A stretch of DNA of 64,000 nucleotides, from NCBI GenBank assembly GCA_016188915.1, contig JACPGU010000001.1, positions 34,111-98,110 on the forward strand, in the 5' to 3' direction. Below are positions 1-9,073 of the stretch, in pieces. The position numbers were made by a program, and so were the translations under genes. The notes beneath the pieces are model-generated. The model was given only the letters and a program-made list of their open reading frames with translations. It had not been told where the DNA came from and did no database searches. The DNA comes from Candidatus Microgenomates bacterium (GTDB taxonomy: Bacteria > Patescibacteriota > JACPGU01). Positions within the stretch are counted from its first letter, which is position 1, and each line of letters begins with the position of its first letter.

Positions 1-10
1 CTTATCCTCC

Positions 11-2767
11 GTGGACATCGCCTCTATTATCTTTGACATTGTGCGTCTATTGCTTTATGCCCTGATTATCGCTGGGTGGTTTTGGGGTTTTTTGCTATTG
101 GCTAATGCTTACAAAAAAAGACGCAAAAGATTTTGGTTAGTCAAACAAGAATATACTACTTTGTTGGTCCAAGTACCGCGCAATAATGAAAAAGGCCCAT
201 TGTCTGCTCAATTGATGTTTGCTTCTATTCACGGTATTTATAAATCGGCCAAAGAGAGACTATCCGAAGGATCTTTTCAAGAGCACATCAGCTTTGAGAT
301 AGTTTCAATGAGCAAATATATTAAATTTTATGTCTATGTGCCGACCCATCTGAAAGATTTCATAGAGGGCCAGATTTACTCTCAATACCCGACCGTGGAA
401 ATGCGCGAAGTAGATGATTATACCTTGGCTAGGAGATCAGAGGGAATGCATTTTGTCGGCACCGAATTGGCTCTGGTCAAAAATGATTACTATCCTATCA
501 AGACCTTTGTTAATTTTGAAGTAGATCCGCTAGCTGGGATTACCGGCGTTTTGTCGCAAGTAGAAGAAGATGAGCAGATTTGGGCGCAATTTTTGGTAAG
601 ACCATTGGATGATAGTTGGCAGAGGAAGGCGATCTCTTATGTTTCAGATTTGAGAGCAGGTAAAAAATCTTCTTTCGCCGGCAAAGGAGTAGGGGGAATT
701 TTTAGTTTTTTGGGTTTGGTTTTAAAGGCTTTGAGCGCGCCACCAGAACAGGGGACAGCGGCCAAACCAGTCAAATTAGCCGGACCGGTAGAGCAGGCCG
801 TCAAGGCGATTGAGGACAAATCCACCAAACTGGGCTATGAAGTAAAAATCCGTCTAGCTTTTTTGTCGGACAAAGATCCAGAATCGATGAAGATCAAAAT
901 TCAATCTATCGTGGGCGCTTTCAAACAATACAATTCTTCCAATCTTAATGGTTTTGCTCACAAGAGTACCCATATGGACGATTTTGATTTTATGAACAAA
1001 TTACAGACACGCAGTTTTGAGGAGCCAGGCTTTGTTTTGAATATTGAAGAATTAGCTTCTTTGTACCATTTGCCAACGGCAACCGTTGAGACACCGAGTA
1101 TCGTCTGGGCGGGAGCTAAAAAAGGCGAACCACCGGCAATTTTGCCACTAGAAGGAGTAGTGCCGTCAGATCAATTAACTGCCTTTGCTCAAACTAATTT
1201 TCGCAATAAGGTGGCTAATTTTGGTATCAAATTAGACGATCGTCGCCGTCATATGTATATCATTGGACAAACCGGTACAGGTAAATCCAATATGATGAAA
1301 AGCATGGTCTTGGACGACATCAGAGAGGGGAGGGGATTGGCGGTTATTGATCCGCATGGCGAATTCATTGATACGGCGTTAGACTATATTCCGGAAAATC
1401 GTATTAAAGACGTAGTGGTGATTAACCCGGGCGATAGAGAATACAGCGTTGGTTTTAATTTGTTGGAAAATATCGATCCGGACAGAAGGGAGATTTTAGC
1501 GTCCGGAATGATGTCTATTTTTAAAAAAATCTGGGAAAATGTCTGGTCGGCCAGGATGGAATATATTATGAAAAATATCCTCCTCGCGCTTTTGGAAACG
1601 CCGGGTTCTACTTTGCTTGGCGCGACTAAAATGTTGGTCAATGCCGAATATCGCAGAATGATCGTGGACAATATCACCGACCCTGTAGTGAAAGAATTTT
1701 GGATCGCCGAATTTGAGAATCAGCTGAAAACCAATCCCAAATTTGCCACTGAGGCGGTGGCGCCGATCCAGAACAAAATCGGTCAATTCATCGCCGTACC
1801 CTCTATCCGCAATATCATTGGTCAGCCCAAAAGCACGATTGATATTAAAGAGATTATGGATAACAAAAAAATCCTTTTGGTCAAAATTTCCAAAGGCGAG
1901 ATCGGCGATGACAATATGGCGCTTTTGGGAGCAATGTTGATCACCAAAATACAGCTAACAGCGATGGAAAGATCAGGGACGAGAGAAGAAGAGATGCAAG
2001 ATTTTTATCTCTATGTTGATGAATTCCAAAATTTTGCCACCAGCTCTTTCGCCACTATTTTGTCTGAAGCGAGAAAATACAAATTGAACCTGATTATCGC
2101 CCACCAGTATATCGCTCAAATGACGCAGGAGGTTAGAGACGCGGTGATAGGCAATGCCGGCACAGTGGTGGCTTTTCGTGTCGGTCCGGACGACGCGCCT
2201 ATTTTGAAAAAAGTTTTTGAGCCAGTTTTTGACGAAAACGACCTTTTGAATTTGAGCAATTTTCATATTTATATCAAATTGATGATTGACAATACGGTCA
2301 ATCCGGCTTTTTCAGCTATTACCTTACCCTATACGCGCAATCAAAAGCCCGAGGGTAATCGACAGGCTATTCTAGAGCGCTCCCGCCATAATTTTGCGAT
2401 TAATAGGGGAGTGGTAGAGCAAGCGATTCTGACTTGGAGCCAGCAGATGGCAGAGTTGGAAGAAAGCGCGAAAAAATTAGGTAAAAAAGGTAAAAAAGAA
2501 AATAGGGAAGAGGGAGAAACAAAAATAATCGGCGACATAGCTTATCGTGAGATTAAAGACAAAAAAGGCGGTATCTGGTATGTTAGAAAAGATAAAATTG
2601 GTGATAACGCGAATACGGAAGAGGGGAGTAGGGGGCACGAGGGTATTCGTGATATAAAAATAGCAGAGAATGAAATCGCGGAAGATATGATTTTAACAAA
2701 AAGCGATGGCAGCAATAACAGGGTAGGGGAGGAGGCTTTGACGCCCGGGCAGACGGTGGAATTGTAA
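11..2767 (+). CDS. Membrane-anchored P-loop ATPase of the VirB4/TraG (T4SS) - HerA/DUF87 superfamily, paralog 1. The N-terminus may be truncated by the window edge or start at GTG 11.
   Basis: 918-aa ORF with an N-terminal hydrophobic segment. Walker A is IIGQTGTGKSNMM followed by VIDPHGE; Walker B-like is LYVDEFQNF, then ARKYKLNLIIAHQ. Homologous to ORF 6307..8814 (shared ELAS(L/I)(Y/F)H(L/F)P...TPSIVW block). Confidence 0.6.
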   Translation: MDIASIIFDIVRLLLYALIIAGWFWGFLLLANAYKKRRKRFWLVKQEYTTLLVQVPRNNEKGPLSAQLMFASIHGIYKSAKERLSEGSFQEHISFEIVSMSKYIKFYVYVPTHLKDFIEGQIYSQYPTVEMREVDDYTLARRSEGMHFVGTELALVKNDYYPIKTFVNFEVDPLAGITGVLSQVEEDEQIWAQFLVRPLDDSWQRKAISYVSDLRAGKKSSFAGKGVGGIFSFLGLVLKALSAPPEQGTAAKPVKLAGPVEQAVKAIEDKSTKLGYEVKIRLAFLSDKDPESMKIKIQSIVGAFKQYNSSNLNGFAHKSTHMDDFDFMNKLQTRSFEEPGFVLNIEELASLYHLPTATVETPSIVWAGAKKGEPPAILPLEGVVPSDQLTAFAQTNFRNKVANFGIKLDDRRRHMYIIGQTGTGKSNMMKSMVLDDIREGRGLAVIDPHGEFIDTALDYIPENRIKDVVVINPGDREYSVGFNLLENIDPDRREILASGMMSIFKKIWENVWSARMEYIMKNILLALLETPGSTLLGATKMLVNAEYRRMIVDNITDPVVKEFWIAEFENQLKTNPKFATEAVAPIQNKIGQFIAVPSIRNIIGQPKSTIDIKEIMDNKKILLVKISKGEIGDDNMALLGAMLITKIQLTAMERSGTREEEMQDFYLYVDEFQNFATSSFATILSEARKYKLNLIIAHQYIAQMTQEVRDAVIGNAGTVVAFRVGPDDAPILKKVFEPVFDENDLLNLSNFHIYIKLMIDNTVNPAFSAITLPYTRNQKPEGNRQAILERSRHNFAINRGVVEQAILTWSQQMAELEESAKKLGKKGKKENREEGETKIIGDIAYREIKDKKGGIWYVRKDKIGDNANTEEGSRGHEGIRDIKIAENEIAEDMILTKSDGSNNRVGEEALTPGQTVEL

Positions 2768-2841
2768 GTCTATAAAGTGCTGTAAAGCGTTTGTGTACGC
2801 ACCTAAAAAATTGGTGAAATAAAAAGAAAAGGAGAAGAGTC

Positions 2842-2955
2842 GATGAAATGGATCATTGGAGGAATTATTATTCTTGCAGTGCTTGCAGTGCTTGCAGTGG
2901 GCATTATCTGGGCAATTAGTAAAATAGTCTGCGAAATGGCCGGTTGCAACGACTG
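2842..2955 (+). CDS. Tiny hydrophobic membrane peptide (37 aa) MKWIIGGIIILAVLAVLAVGIIWAISKIVCEMAGCND.
   Basis: Strong RBS (aaaggagaag, 7 nt upstream of ATG). Single TM helix with a (cttgcagtg)x3 tandem nucleotide repeat; C-terminal CxxxxC. Sits immediately 3' of ATPase paralog 1. Confidence 0.35.
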
Positions 2956-2980
2956 AATAAAAAAGGAGGGAGAAGATTGT

Positions 2981-3103
2981 GATGAATATAGTTTTATCGT
3001 CGGTCTTAGTGGTTGTGCTTCTCTTTTTTTCTCTGGAGAATAATGGCGTGATTTTTCGCTTTCCAAAATCTATACGACCTATAAGTCACGGCCGTGAGTT
3101 ATA
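2981..3103 (+). CDS. Tiny hydrophobic peptide (40 aa) MNIVLSSVLVVVLLFFSLENNG...; the 3' end runs into palindrome A.
   Basis: RBS aaaaaggaggga upstream of ATG 2981 (alternative GTG 2978). Hydrophobic N-terminal helix. Confidence 0.3.
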
Positions 3104-3112
3104 GGTCGTATA
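3071..3112. promoter_or_regulatory. 42-bp near-perfect palindrome TATACGACCTATAAGTCACG-GC-CGTGAGTTATAGGTCGTATA (palindrome A), operator-like.
   Basis: Read directly from the sequence. The arm CGTGAGTTATAGGT is shared with the palindrome at 14669..14698. Confidence 0.5.
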
Positions 3113-3282
3113 CAAAAGGAATGCCTGTGTCGATTGACTGGGCATTTTTTGTTTGAGAAAGGTGGTGGTTGTCATGTCGGTTTTTACTTTCGGCAACATT
3201 GTGATATAATTTTGAACAGGTTCTAGGGGAGTCTGCCCCTTAACTTGTTGGAAACCGAAAACGAAAAAAAGGAGAGACAGCC

Positions 3283-3762
3283 GTGGCGAAAATCCTTCGT
3301 GTTACAGGATTCTTTTTTCAGAAAGGAATAAGGCTTGGCTTTGGGTTTGACGATGATGGAGAAAGGATCCCAGGTGTGGTGGCGTTGATAACCGCCACGG
3401 AATTTTTAGGCGCAATTTATATTTCCGAAGAGGAAGCAGGAGGAGATTTGTTTGACATCTTGGAGCATGGCAGGGGTCGCAATGAGCCCGGCGTTGATGC
3501 TTCTAGCCTTTCGGAGATTAAACTGACGGACGAGGAGTTCTCCTTCGTCAAGACATATAAAGACGGAAAGCCCCCGGTTCAGTACTCTTACCGCAAACAC
3601 CCAGACAGCAATGACAAGGTCAGTCCCTGGAAAGGGGAGTGGGTGATAGAAGCCGATGACGAGAGCGGAGAAGAGCGAGGCCCCACCAACTGCATGCTCG
3701 TGGAAATGCCGGAGTGGCTCTACGAGGCGCCAAAAGACTACGACTGGCCGGAGGGCGCATAG
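3283..3762 (+). CDS. Hypothetical acidic protein (159 aa).
   Basis: ORF with RBS aaaaaaaggagagacagcc before a GTG start. Upstream TGaTATAAT extended -10 at ~3199-3207. No recognisable domain. Confidence 0.45.
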   Translation: MAKILRVTGFFFQKGIRLGFGFDDDGERIPGVVALITATEFLGAIYISEEEAGGDLFDILEHGRGRNEPGVDASSLSEIKLTDEEFSFVKTYKDGKPPVQYSYRKHPDSNDKVSPWKGEWVIEADDESGEERGPTNCMLVEMPEWLYEAPKDYDWPEGA

Positions 3763-3798
3763 CAGATCTTTCTTGACTAAACTGAAAGGAGAGAGGGC

Positions 3799-4179
3799 AT
3801 GAAAATAGTTAAGTTTTTCTGGGTGCGATCAATGGCGAATGGGAAGGCGAAGGTATACCCCGCCGATCCAAAAGACTATGGCAAGACTTACCCCAGAACG
3901 GCCGTCGAATTCCGGGGCAAAGAGTCTTTTTTGAATGTTGGTTCTGGGATGAGAAGGATTGTGACAATAGATCACCGCGATAGAATATTTGTCGAAAAAG
4001 ATTCCAGTCCAGGGATCTATGGCAGTTTTGGAGTGATACTGCCAATCAAAAGAGGGTTAACTAAAAGGCAGATTGTCAGTAAAATTCTCAAAAAGTGGGA
4101 AGCCGAGGCCAGGGAAGGCATGGAATACAAAGACGGAGTCATGAGGGAAAGAATTTTCAGGGTGGAGGTGACGCTTTAA
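3799..4179 (+). CDS. Hypothetical protein (126 aa).
   Basis: ORF with RBS aaaggagagagggc before ATG. Followed by a double-hairpin terminator. Confidence 0.5.
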   Translation: MKIVKFFWVRSMANGKAKVYPADPKDYGKTYPRTAVEFRGKESFLNVGSGMRRIVTIDHRDRIFVEKDSSPGIYGSFGVILPIKRGLTKRQIVSKILKKWEAEAREGMEYKDGVMRERIFRVEVTL

Positions 4180-4188
4180 TTTTTCCGT

Positions 4189-4233
4189 CCGGGTTTTGCC
4201 CGGATTAACGGGGCCGCAAGGCCCTTTTGTTTT
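4189..4233 (+). terminator. Rho-independent terminator: two GC hairpins (ccgggttttgcccgg; gggccgcaaggccc) followed by a T-run.
   Basis: Stem-loops followed by TTTTGTTTT. Confidence 0.6.
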
Positions 4234-4585
4234 ACCTCTATTTTTTACCATTAAGCCTAAGCCTGCTTTCGCAAATCCCCAAGAGCAAACTTATAGGAAA
4301 TTTATTCGACCGCTAATTCACGATCGTGAGATAGAGGTCGAAAATAGTAAATACCTATCGAGGAAACGAGGAAGGCAGAACGAACATCGTTTGAGCTTAA
4401 TGTTTTAGCCTGGTAAGTGTAGGGAAGGCCGGGGCTTAGTATATTAAAGGATGCCCAAACGTCAGATATCTTTTAAGGGTAATTGTGAAGATTATCTTTC
4501 TAATCTGGTGTATCAGGTTAGGAATAGGGCTATAAGCCCGTAAAAGGGGATATGCCTTTTTATTTTACCCTGTAAAACCTTGACA

Positions 4586-4600
4586 TTATGCTAAAATATG
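4586..4600 (+). promoter_or_regulatory. Candidate extended -10 promoter (aTGcTAAAATat), adjacent to a TTGACA hexamer.
   Basis: TGnTAAAAT motif. The same tatgctaaaatat string occurs upstream of the small gene at 49312. Confidence 0.25.
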
Positions 4601-4893
4601 TTGCAATATGCAAACCTGTCAATGGCAAATAATGGCTAAATAGAGCCAAAGATAGGAGAGGGGAGGGGGGAAATAAGAAAATAAAAAAATAAGAAATTAA
4701 GAAACTAAATGAGTAGGGAATACGAGGCTAGAGATGTCGCACAAGATACCTTTTGCGACATAGGGTGGGGGCTAAACCTGAAACAGAGCCTTTCTCCTTT
4801 GACTATCATCTCGTTTGTTGTTCAGTAGTGTTTTTTATTCAAGCTCCCCTACCCTATGTCGCAAAAGGTCAATCTGATTGGCGATACGGATCC

Positions 4894-4931
4894 GATGTCC
4901 GACATCTGGGCATCCTTTGATGTCGGACATC
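4894..4931. promoter_or_regulatory. Two copies of the 13-bp palindrome GATGTC(C/G)GACATC separated by 12 bp; operator-like tandem site.
   Basis: Read directly from the sequence; center-to-center spacing is 25 bp. Confidence 0.4.
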
Positions 4932-5103
4932 TTTAAATTCGCCAGTCCCCTACTTTTTATTAATTTATTCGCAAAAATTAGCTTAAATCAGGTATAATTT
5001 ACAATTTCCCATTTAAATGCCCCAGGATGTGTTTTTTGTGTCAAAGTGGGGCAAGACTACCTTTTTTACCCAAAAATAACAGTGGTAGTGGCGTAAAGAC
5101 CTC

Positions 5104-5140
5104 AAAAAACCACCCCTAGATATTTCGGAGTGGTTTTTTG
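5104..5140 (-). terminator. Bidirectional rho-independent terminator (aaaaaaccac...gtggtttttt) ending the minus-strand operon 8814->5193.
   Basis: 9-bp stem with a 17-nt loop, flanked by an A-run and a T-run. Confidence 0.6.
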
Positions 5141-5192
5141 ATACATATCCTTACTTTTTTAATTTTTTACTTTCTTATTTTCTTAGCCAGGG

Positions 5193-5735
5193 CTATTCTT
5201 CAATCGCGGCGCTTTCAATAGCGGCCCAAGAAGATTCTTCGTCGGCGGGAATGGCAATAGTGACGGAATCGCCTGGTTTCAAACGATAATAAGTGACCGA
5301 AGCCAACAGAACCTTGTAGGATTTACTGCCGGCTAATACTTTGTATTGATTGTCTTCAAAAAGCAGTGAGCCAACTAATCTTTTTCTTTCTATGGGTTTG
5401 ATTTGTTTGTAGACGAAAGATCCATCATCTTCAATGGTCAATTTCAAGATGTCTCCTGGAACAAATTTGGATTTACTGGCGTAATTGGCCGGCACGGGAT
5501 ATTTCTTTTTGTCTGGGCCCATCATCATTTCACCGTCAAAAACACCTTCTATCATTTTGCCCTCCGACAAGATATTCAAATCAGCGGCTTTCTGGGCTAG
5601 ATTAATGCTTTTTAGCTTTTTTGTTTTTCCGCCAGATTCGCTGTTCAAAAGTTGCATCGCTGAACGGATTTGCGCTTCAGCCGATTCTAGCAGATGTCGC
5701 ACAATATCGAGATTGTTTTGTTCTTCTTTTGACAT
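5193..5735 (-). CDS. Hypothetical protein (180 aa), last gene of the ATPase-pilin operon.
   Basis: Long ORF co-directional with and closely spaced to the pilin-like gene. No recognisable domain. Confidence 0.5.
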   Translation of the reverse strand: MSKEEQNNLDIVRHLLESAEAQIRSAMQLLNSESGGKTKKLKSINLAQKAADLNILSEGKMIEGVFDGEMMMGPDKKKYPVPANYASKSKFVPGDILKLTIEDDGSFVYKQIKPIERKRLVGSLLFEDNQYKVLAGSKSYKVLLASVTYYRLKPGDSVTIAIPADEESSWAAIESAAIEE

Positions 5736-5842
5736 GGCTTTGTCTGTTTTTATGGTATTTTTTTGAAATATGTGGCTATACTAACACAAAATATAAAACA
5801 AGGCAAGAGTTTTATCCTGCTCTCCCCTACCCTGTTTGAGAA

Positions 5843-6226
5843 TTAGGGCGCTGAAGAAAGAATTTTTTTTATAAAACTCATCAAGGCCCAAGAAAAAAAC
5901 GTAAAAAGCCCGCCGACTATGGCTGCGGTCAGGGCTTTTTTGGCTGTTTCTACTTTTTTAGGATCACCGCCAGAAGTAGTGTAAAGAAAACCAGCCACAA
6001 TAATCATTATAGTCATAATAAGGCCGGTTGCCCAAGCGATATAATTGATGCCACGCCGCAAAAAACAGAAGACAAGAGAACGCCCATCAATATTTGGGTC
6101 GGAACAGATATTAGTAATAGTATCCAAATTGTTAGGGTCTGCCTCTTGTGCCAGAACTACCAATGGCAGACTCCAGGTTAGCCAGCCGGCAATTATTGTC
6201 CAAAAATGAGAAATATTTTTTAGCAT
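5843..6226 (-). CDS. VirB2/TrbC-like pilin candidate (signal peptide plus two hydrophobic helices).
   Basis: 127 aa. N-terminal signal-like segment ending ...VVLAQEA. Two TM helices separated by a short GGDPKK loop. Immediately downstream of the VirB4-like ATPase on the same strand. Confidence 0.45.
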   Translation of the reverse strand: MLKNISHFWTIIAGWLTWSLPLVVLAQEADPNNLDTITNICSDPNIDGRSLVFCFLRRGINYIAWATGLIMTIMIIVAGFLYTTSGGDPKKVETAKKALTAAIVGGLFTFFSWALMSFIKKILSSAP

Positions 6227-6306
6227 ATAATCTTTAACTATTAATTTTTATCCGCTCTAACCTTCTCCAATTCCCCACTCTTCACTTTCCACTTTCCACT
6301 AATATA

Positions 6307-8814
6307 TTACGCTCTATCCCGAATCTCTTCTTCCACGATATTACGATCTCGGCCATATTGCAAGCGCGATAAACCGATGATAGCTTCGGCTATTTTGGGA
6401 TTTTTTTCTATTTTAGAAAAATCCAAAAAAGTGTTCAAGGAAAAAGGTCGCAAATTGGTATTGTCTACCAAAAGGCTCAAATAAGCATTACCACTTTCCA
6501 GATTGGCGATGTCATAAGCATTGAAAACAGGTTCGTATTTTTTTTGTAAAAATTCGGCATCTTCTTCTCCTACTCGAAAAGTGATGAAGGTGCCAACGTT
6601 GCCAAAGACAGCGTCTTTTATCTTGGTATCCCCTCCTTTGCTTATCAGTTGATTGATAAATTGATGGCCGATAGTAAGAGCTAGCTGATATTTTCTGGCT
6701 TCAGATAAAATAGAAGCCACGGAATCAGTCGTAAAGTTTTGAAATTCGTCAATATAGAGGTAAAATGGTTTGCGGTTTTGCTCCGGCATATCTACTCTGC
6801 TCATAGCGGCCAGATATATTTTGCTGACCATAATCAGACCCAGAAGATAGGCGTTCATCTCCCCTATTTGGCCTTTGGCGAGTCGTAAAATTAATATTTT
6901 TTGATTATCCATCACCTCGCGCAAATTAAAAGCGCTTTTTTGTTGGGCGATCATCGGACGCATAATATCATTGGCGATAAATTGTGTGAGCTTGGAAGTA
7001 ATATAGGGCACAATATTAGCCAGGGCCGCTTCTCCACCAGCTTTTTCTGCTTCTTTAAGCCAATAATTTTTTATTATTGGATTGGCACAATGCGACAATT
7101 TCATCATCCGAAAATCTTCATCAGACAAAACACGAGGGATCTCCATAATAGTCGAGCCACTTTCGGGGTGCTCCATCACCAGCAAGGCCGCGTTCCTGAA
7201 ATATTGCTCAAACATTGGTCCACCCGTGGAACGCAAATCGTATAATTTATCAAAAACATTCATCAATTCATTCAAGACCAAAGTTTTCTCTTCTGGTCTG
7301 GTATATTCCAGTAAATTTATGCCGATTGGCCTCTCAAAATCGGCTGGATTAAAAAGAATAACATCCCCTACCCTTTCTTTCGGTATGCGTAAAAGAATGT
7401 CATCGGCATCAGTGCCGTGTGGATCTATGTAGCATAGCCCCTGGCCATTTTTTATATCTTGAATGATCATTTCTTTCATCAGAGTTGATTTGCCGCTACC
7501 AGTTTTGCCCACGATATAGGTATGGCGAACACGATCTTTGGGGCGCATATAGACGGGCGTCCTCAATCCGCGATAAATATTGACACCCAGATAAAGACCT
7601 TCTTTCGGTGTCTCCGGCGGAGCCGCTGCTCTTTTGGACAAAAGCCAAACGATAGAGGGTGTATCTGTATAGCGGTTGGGAAAATGGAAAATAGAGGCTA
7701 ATTCTTCGGTATTTAGAATATTTTTCTCCGCCGAATATGGAAAGGCGCGAAAAACGAAATTTTCAGCCACTATTTTGCTAGTTTGTTTTTTATTAGGTGT
7801 AAAAAAATTACCCGAAGGATGGCGGAAAACAGAAAAAGCGCTGACGATATTATTCAAATGCATTTTGGCCAAAGCTTCTTGGTCGGAAGAGACGACAACG
7901 CGGACTAAAGCCTCAAAACCGACAAAGGCGGCTTTTTCGCCAATCATTTTTATTTTTTGTTCAGTAATAGGGGTAATGGTTTTGGTTTTTTCCGCTTCTT
8001 TTTTGGCCACTTCTTCTGTTTTGAAAGGAGCAGCAGCCAATTCACCTCCTAGTTTGCTGGTAGATTCAGCGATTTTAACCCAATCAATTTTTCCTCCGGG
8101 TCCTCCCCTGCCTTCTTGCAGAGAGTGAATATAATGCTCAGAAATCTTCTGCCATTTTGTTTTCGTGGGACGAATCAATATTTGAACGGCTGCCGCTTCT
8201 TCTGGGCCTAGCTTGAACAAAGTATTGGTGATGGTGTTGAGCGGATCGGTCTCAAATTCTTTGTAGGTTTTGATAGGCATAGCTACTGACTGGCCAAGAG
8301 TTAATTCACTGGCGGCATATTTATCGTCATCTTGAAAGATATTATGGCGTTCTGTTTCTTCCAAAACAGCATCAGGGTAAAAGCTATGGATTTGTTTTTC
8401 TACCAAGGTCAATAATTCTTTTGGTAAAGCGATATAGAAAAATATCTCGCCTTTTTGTGAAACTATTTCAAAAGAAATGTGTGGAGATTTTTCGTGCCAC
8501 CAATTTTTTATTTTGGTATCGCAAACGCTGTATAGCGAAGAAAACATTTGACTAGCGCGGGAGAGCAATTCTTTGTGGTCTTTTTTGGATTCTTCTTCCT
8601 CGCGGGAAGATTTTTTAGGTAACATTATTTTAAGCAAAACCATGTCCAGAGCGCGTGGGATTTTTTTGCTTTGATAGCGTAAATAACGATAAGTATTGAT
8701 TAGCAAGATGGCTGTCAGAATTACAATAGTAATAACGACTAGCCAATACAAAAAATAAAGCAAATTGGTGGCAAGATCTGCTCCTTGGTAGATTGAATTG
8801 TCGACGTATTCCAT
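6307..8814 (-). CDS. Membrane-anchored P-loop ATPase of the VirB4/TraG (T4SS) - HerA/DUF87 superfamily, paralog 2.
   Basis: 835 aa. N-terminal TM segment. Walker A is IVGKTGSGKSTLM followed by YIDPHGT; Walker B-like is LYIDEFQNF, then ARKYQLALTIGHQ. Collinear homology to ORF 11..2767. Confidence 0.65.
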   Translation of the reverse strand: MEYVDNSIYQGADLATNLLYFLYWLVVITIVILTAILLINTYRYLRYQSKKIPRALDMVLLKIMLPKKSSREEEESKKDHKELLSRASQMFSSLYSVCDTKIKNWWHEKSPHISFEIVSQKGEIFFYIALPKELLTLVEKQIHSFYPDAVLEETERHNIFQDDDKYAASELTLGQSVAMPIKTYKEFETDPLNTITNTLFKLGPEEAAAVQILIRPTKTKWQKISEHYIHSLQEGRGGPGGKIDWVKIAESTSKLGGELAAAPFKTEEVAKKEAEKTKTITPITEQKIKMIGEKAAFVGFEALVRVVVSSDQEALAKMHLNNIVSAFSVFRHPSGNFFTPNKKQTSKIVAENFVFRAFPYSAEKNILNTEELASIFHFPNRYTDTPSIVWLLSKRAAAPPETPKEGLYLGVNIYRGLRTPVYMRPKDRVRHTYIVGKTGSGKSTLMKEMIIQDIKNGQGLCYIDPHGTDADDILLRIPKERVGDVILFNPADFERPIGINLLEYTRPEEKTLVLNELMNVFDKLYDLRSTGGPMFEQYFRNAALLVMEHPESGSTIMEIPRVLSDEDFRMMKLSHCANPIIKNYWLKEAEKAGGEAALANIVPYITSKLTQFIANDIMRPMIAQQKSAFNLREVMDNQKILILRLAKGQIGEMNAYLLGLIMVSKIYLAAMSRVDMPEQNRKPFYLYIDEFQNFTTDSVASILSEARKYQLALTIGHQFINQLISKGGDTKIKDAVFGNVGTFITFRVGEEDAEFLQKKYEPVFNAYDIANLESGNAYLSLLVDNTNLRPFSLNTFLDFSKIEKNPKIAEAIIGLSRLQYGRDRNIVEEEIRDRA

Positions 8815-9073
8815 TTTGTTTTTTGTTTTGCAATCTTTGTTTTACTTTATCATAATTTGTTTTGTCAGGCAAACAAAATACCCCGGCCTCTTTTAAGGGA
8901 CCAGGGCGGAAATAGGCGCTTTTTGTTATTGTCGATTGCGCCGATCAATCGCTTCCAGGCGAGTCGCTGTCTTCCTGAAATTAAATCCAGAAAGGCAAAA
9001 CTGAACCAAGAAGCGAAAGAGGAAATTAGCAATTTTCATAATTTGGCCACCTTCCTTGGCGTAAAGATTACTT

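Noticed and set aside
4733-5708. 12-mer GATGTCGCACAA shared between the non-coding region and the 5' end of ORF 5193..5735.
   Set aside because: A single exact 12-mer match is within chance expectation for a window of this size. Only the clustered 13-bp palindromes were kept as meaningful.
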